Virus record (IMG/VR): IMGVR_UViG_3300045988_042115
Coordinates: 1-6,502 of that record
From: a virus
Strand: one strand, 5' to 3'
DNA length: 6,502 nt
This document shows, one piece after another, positions 3,707-6,502 of this stretch; the first letter of the stretch is position 1, and each line of letters begins with the position of its first letter. The notes below the pieces were generated by a model. That model searched no databases, was not told the DNA's origin, and was given only the letters and a program-made list of their open reading frames with translations. The position numbers and the translations under genes are program-made.

Positions 3707-5543
3707 TGTAATCCAATTTACGAGTGAAACGAACGTTAAAAAATGAAGTTATCCAAAATTCATCAGTGTCTACAGTATCATCAGCAGCAACGAGGAACAG
3801 GGCATCAGCAAGTCGAGGGTTAACCTTAAAGAACGAATAAGCAACAGAAGCCGAAGGTACTTTAGGATTCTCAGAACCGTCATAGACGTTGTCCTGCGGT
3901 GACCGAGCCAAATCATCATCCAAAAATGGCATACACCAGCTCTGCAATGCAGTACGAAATGCGCCAAAACTCATGTCATAGTCAGTTTTCCAATTAATAT
4001 ACCGAGCAACATAGCCGAGCTGAGAAGGTAATGTTCCTGAATCAAGAGGATTATTCACAAGCTGGACACGAGGAAGTAACTCCATGCCAACATTGTCCAT
4101 CTCAGGAATCGGGAACGAAGTAGCATCGATTATAAGATTCTGACCACGAACACCTGAAGTAAGATAATCCACGAGAGGTAAAATATGAGTAACACACATA
4201 ATAATACCGTATCTATCTTTTGCTTCAAATTCAATAGAACCACTTCCTGAACCAACACCTTTTCCACGGATAAATGCACCATTATCCTCAATACCAGCAG
4301 CAAGATTAGTATTAGTAACTTCATTAATATCAAGAGATACAGAAGTACCACCAAGATAAGTTACCATGTGAGACAAGTAGTCAGACACAGGAATACCCCA
4401 GTGTGCTTCAATCTGAGACTTATAATCTTCATCCGCAGATTGAGCAACCTCTTTCCAACGCTGTAATGCTTCATACTGACGCAGCATCAGAATACTAAGA
4501 GATGCAGAGGATTGAATCTGCTGAGAAGACAGAGAACCAACAGCAGAATAAGGGCCGCCTGATGCAGAAAGACGACCTTTTGTATCTAGCTGCTGAATGG
4601 GTACGTTAGTAGCAGGCAAGCTGCCTGAATCGTTCTTAAATACAGAAGTAATACTCTGAGCAGGAATACTAGCATCAAAATTCAACGGAACAGCAGAAGT
4701 AGAACCATACTGAGCATTTGGGAGAATGCCGTGAAATAAATCCTTCTGCATGTTACAATACCTCATATCAAACAAATTGAATGAGACATTCTGTCTCTTA
4801 CCACCTGATGTAGGGGTAAGAAGAGAATCAATAGAATCAGACAAGTCGGTATCACCAACACCTGAGAGATAATCAAAATTATAAGTACTTGGGTTAGAGC
4901 GTTCCCACTGAGTATATCGATATCTATCAGAATATATCTTCTGATAAGCGGCAAATGGAAATAGACTAACTTTAGCATTATCTAGAAAATCACCTTCAGA
5001 AGGCTTAGCAATTTTAGGACTAAGGCCAGCAAAACGATAAAAATCACCATAACCAAGTGCCTCAAGAAGACGAGCAGTATTATAGCCACGATTGAAACCG
5101 AAAAAATCCTTATTTGGAGCACCATCACTACCGACAGAAGACGCTACAGAAGCACGTGAGACATAATTAGCAATAGTAAGCAAGTCAGTATGCGGAAAAG
5201 AACCGTCCGTAGTTTTAAATGGATTAACGAGAGACGTAGCATGTTGTTGGTTCGCATTCATCTGCGTAATAACAGCATCAGTCTTATTCCATAAAAACTC
5301 AAGCGGAACGAAATAAAAGTCAAAATATTGACGGATACGAGCAAACGCCGCAGTATTAATGGGGACAGTACGAGTAAACGCCGACAAATCAACCTTAACC
5401 TTATCACCAGGAATACAATATTGCCACCATAGAGGATATAACTGACCCATTTTTTGAGTAAAGTTACGTTTAGTAGACAAATCAAAACCGTTGTATGAAG
5501 TCTTATTCTGTAAGCGCATCATACTCATAATATTATTACTCAT
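3690..5543 (-). CDS. VP1: Major capsid protein (Microviridae VP1 / phage F-type jelly-roll capsid), 617 aa
   Basis: The N-terminal signature ...YNGFDLSTKRNFTQKMGQLYPLWWQYCIPGDKVKVDLSAFTRTVPINTAAFARIRQYFDFYFVPLEFLW is characteristic of Microviridae major capsid proteins. It is the longest ORF. Its ATG overlaps the Rep TGA (ATGA, 5540-5543). Confidence 0.95.
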   Translation of the reverse strand: MSNNIMSMMRLQNKTSYNGFDLSTKRNFTQKMGQLYPLWWQYCIPGDKVKVDLSAFTRTVPINTAAFARIRQYFDFYFVPLEFLWNKTDAVITQMNANQQHATSLVNPFKTTDGSFPHTDLLTIANYVSRASVASSVGSDGAPNKDFFGFNRGYNTARLLEALGYGDFYRFAGLSPKIAKPSEGDFLDNAKVSLFPFAAYQKIYSDRYRYTQWERSNPSTYNFDYLSGVGDTDLSDSIDSLLTPTSGGKRQNVSFNLFDMRYCNMQKDLFHGILPNAQYGSTSAVPLNFDASIPAQSITSVFKNDSGSLPATNVPIQQLDTKGRLSASGGPYSAVGSLSSQQIQSSASLSILMLRQYEALQRWKEVAQSADEDYKSQIEAHWGIPVSDYLSHMVTYLGGTSVSLDINEVTNTNLAAGIEDNGAFIRGKGVGSGSGSIEFEAKDRYGIIMCVTHILPLVDYLTSGVRGQNLIIDATSFPIPEMDNVGMELLPRVQLVNNPLDSGTLPSQLGYVARYINWKTDYDMSFGAFRTALQSWCMPFLDDDLARSPQDNVYDGSENPKVPSASVAYSFFKVNPRLADALFLVAADDTVDTDEFWITSFFNVRFTRKLDYNGLPY

Positions 5544-6502
5544 CTTTGTTCAAGAAAAATTTTATTAGCATCATTAAGTTTTTTATGTTTTATACGGTCA
5601 TTGTACAAAGAATATATTTGAGACTGCCAACGACCATAAACACGAGAGTTAACAATATCACCAGCAGTAGCAGGTGTATTATCATAGAACAAGTACAAAT
5701 CTTCATCCTGACATATATCAGATTCAAAATACAATTGTTCGGCGGACAATTGGTCTGATAAATGCATCATATCAACATAAGACCAAAACTCATCAATAAG
5801 TCTGAGTTTACGATTAATCTCATAGACGGACTGCGTATCACATACATAAGTTAAAAAATGTTTAGATAATAATAATTCACTATATACACGATTGACGAAT
5901 TTCAAAAAATCCTCATCCTCAGGAGAAGTACAAGATTCAGGAAAGTCATCGTTATCAGAAAAATACCTTAAAAACTCACAATGAGAAGCATCAAAATTAT
6001 AACGTGGTCTATCTCCATACAGAAATATATCTATCGCAATTTCCTGCGCGACCTTGGAGGCACTTTGGCAGGCTGCGGAGGGATAATATATCCGCGCTTT
6101 ACTCCATAATCTATAAGAGTAAGAACGCCTACGTGGAGGGAGAGAAGCAAACTTTTTACATCGGGGAAAGAAGAAAGCTGAACACGACCGCCACACGTCA
6201 AACTGCTTATACTTTCCATCGAGGAACATGCTTCTATGGATAAACTCAGCAGGGGTTTTTTCATATATGTTTTTTCTTTCATTTTTAAGAAACGGGAGAC
6301 CGAGCCACTGAGAATGGGTGCAGAACGGTCTGAGACTGCCAGTTTTAAAAAATCGGGGTATAAAGCCAGTACTGTTAACATATCCCGCAACATAGTTTGA
6401 AGCGGTACCCTTGGTGGCTTGCACGTCGACACGACCAAGCGTCCAACACGCACGTACAACTTCATCGGCACACGCCGCCTGCGCTCTGTCGTTGAAAAAG
6501 AA
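5540..6502 (-). CDS. VP4: Replication initiation protein VP4/Rep, C-terminal part. The unique portion is 5540-6425; 6426-6502 repeats codons already counted in 1-77.
   Basis: The frame is open from the window end to the TGA at 5542-5540. The track's GTG 'start' at 6424 is an internal Val. It contains the twin-tyrosine motif III, SNYVAGYVNS (compare YVAKYVNK in phiX174 protein A), immediately after the junction. Confidence 0.9.
   Translation of the reverse strand, partial: FFFNDRAQAACADEVVRACWTLGRVDVQATKGTASNYVAGYVNSTGFIPRFFKTGSLRPFCTHSQWLGLPFLKNERKNIYEKTPAEFIHRSMFLDGKYKQFDVWRSCSAFFFPRCKKFASLPPRRRSYSYRLWSKARIYYPSAACQSASKVAQEIAIDIFLYGDRPRYNFDASHCEFLRYFSDNDDFPESCTSPEDEDFLKFVNRVYSELLLSKHFLTYVCDTQSVYEINRKLRLIDEFWSYVDMMHLSDQLSAEQLYFESDICQDEDLYLFYDNTPATAGDIVNSRVYGRWQSQIYSLYNDRIKHKKLNDANKIFLEQR
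6426..6502. repeat. Terminal direct duplication, copy 2 (identical to 1-77)
   Basis: Exact 77/77 identity with the window start. Confidence 0.95.

Noticed and set aside
3760-3784. Two CUGAUGA boxes on the gene strand (complement of tcatcag at 3760-3766 and 3778-3784), resembling the hammerhead ribozyme core.
   Set aside because: They sit inside the VP1 3' coding sequence, encoding ...AADDTVDTDEFW.... I could find no accompanying GAAA box or helix arrangement.
3493-5485. Hydrophobic L/I/V-rich ORFs embedded in VP1 and in the 160-aa gene (3493..3681, 3770..3967, 4130..4354, 4763..4978, 5258..5485). They are tempting as phiX174 E-in-D style embedded lysis genes, especially 3493..3681, which has an N-terminal TM-like segment inside the scaffold-like gene.
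   Set aside because: All five lie in the same +1 frame relative to their host gene. In that frame the second codon position is the host gene's third position, which is strongly T/pyrimidine-rich here. This automatically yields Leu/Ile/Val/Phe codons and depletes stop codons, which need A/G at position 2. Their length and hydrophobicity are therefore compositional by-products. 3493..3681 also starts at GTG. The question could be reopened if synonymous-site conservation (for example Synplot2 on aligned relatives) were found over these intervals.
6031-6471. 146-aa ORF overlapping Rep in another frame, with a basic C-terminus (PPRSRRKLR). It is a possible analogue of the genes nested in phiX174 gene A.
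   Set aside because: It has the same +1-frame relationship to Rep and an L/V/S-rich composition, explained by the pyrimidine-rich third positions of Rep codons. It starts at GTG within the duplicated segment. There is no independent support. It would need suppressed synonymous variation in Rep over this span to be believed.

Overview
The window is one complete, circularly permuted genome of a small ssDNA phage of the family Microviridae. Positions 6426-6502 are an exact copy of 1-77. The unique circle is therefore 6,425 nt, and the duplication is an assembly overlap rather than a biological repeat. Every credible gene lies on the window's minus strand, which is the viral/mRNA-sense strand in this family. 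Reading 5'->3' on that strand: a possible 20-aa hydrophobic mini-ORF (939->877); a 40-aa tail-anchored membrane peptide (880->758); a 55-aa lipoprotein-like peptide (745->578); the replication initiator VP4/Rep, 488 aa, split by the linearisation point (581->1 joined to 6425->5540); the major capsid protein VP1, 617 aa (5543->3690); a 160-aa protein that is scaffold-like by position only (3706->3224); the pilot/minor capsid protein VP2, 379 aa (3224->2085); a 289-nt structured, repeat-bearing non-coding region (2084->1796); three orphan small genes of 76, 77 and 65 aa; and an 81-nt long-stem hairpin (1063->983). Stop/start overlaps chain the lipoprotein-Rep-VP1-ORF160-VP2 block: ATGA at 578-581 and 5540-5543, TAATG at 3222-3226, and a 17-nt overlap at 3690-3706. 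The large VP1 and Rep, the 6.4-kb size and a Bacteroidetes-style lipobox suggest an Alpavirinae-like microvirus of Bacteroidales. This is inference and cannot be verified without a database search. Three parts are not explained by the conserved microvirus core and are most worth follow-up: (i) the membrane-peptide/lipoprotein mini-gene module coupled to Rep; (ii) the intergenic region with a 17-nt x3 tandem array of six CTCGAG palindromes flanked by hairpins, one with an AT-rich loop reminiscent of HUH-Rep origins; (iii) a 22-bp-stem hairpin whose three non-Watson-Crick positions are all wobble pairs on the gene strand only. No tRNA, rRNA, CRISPR array, transposase or integrase was found.
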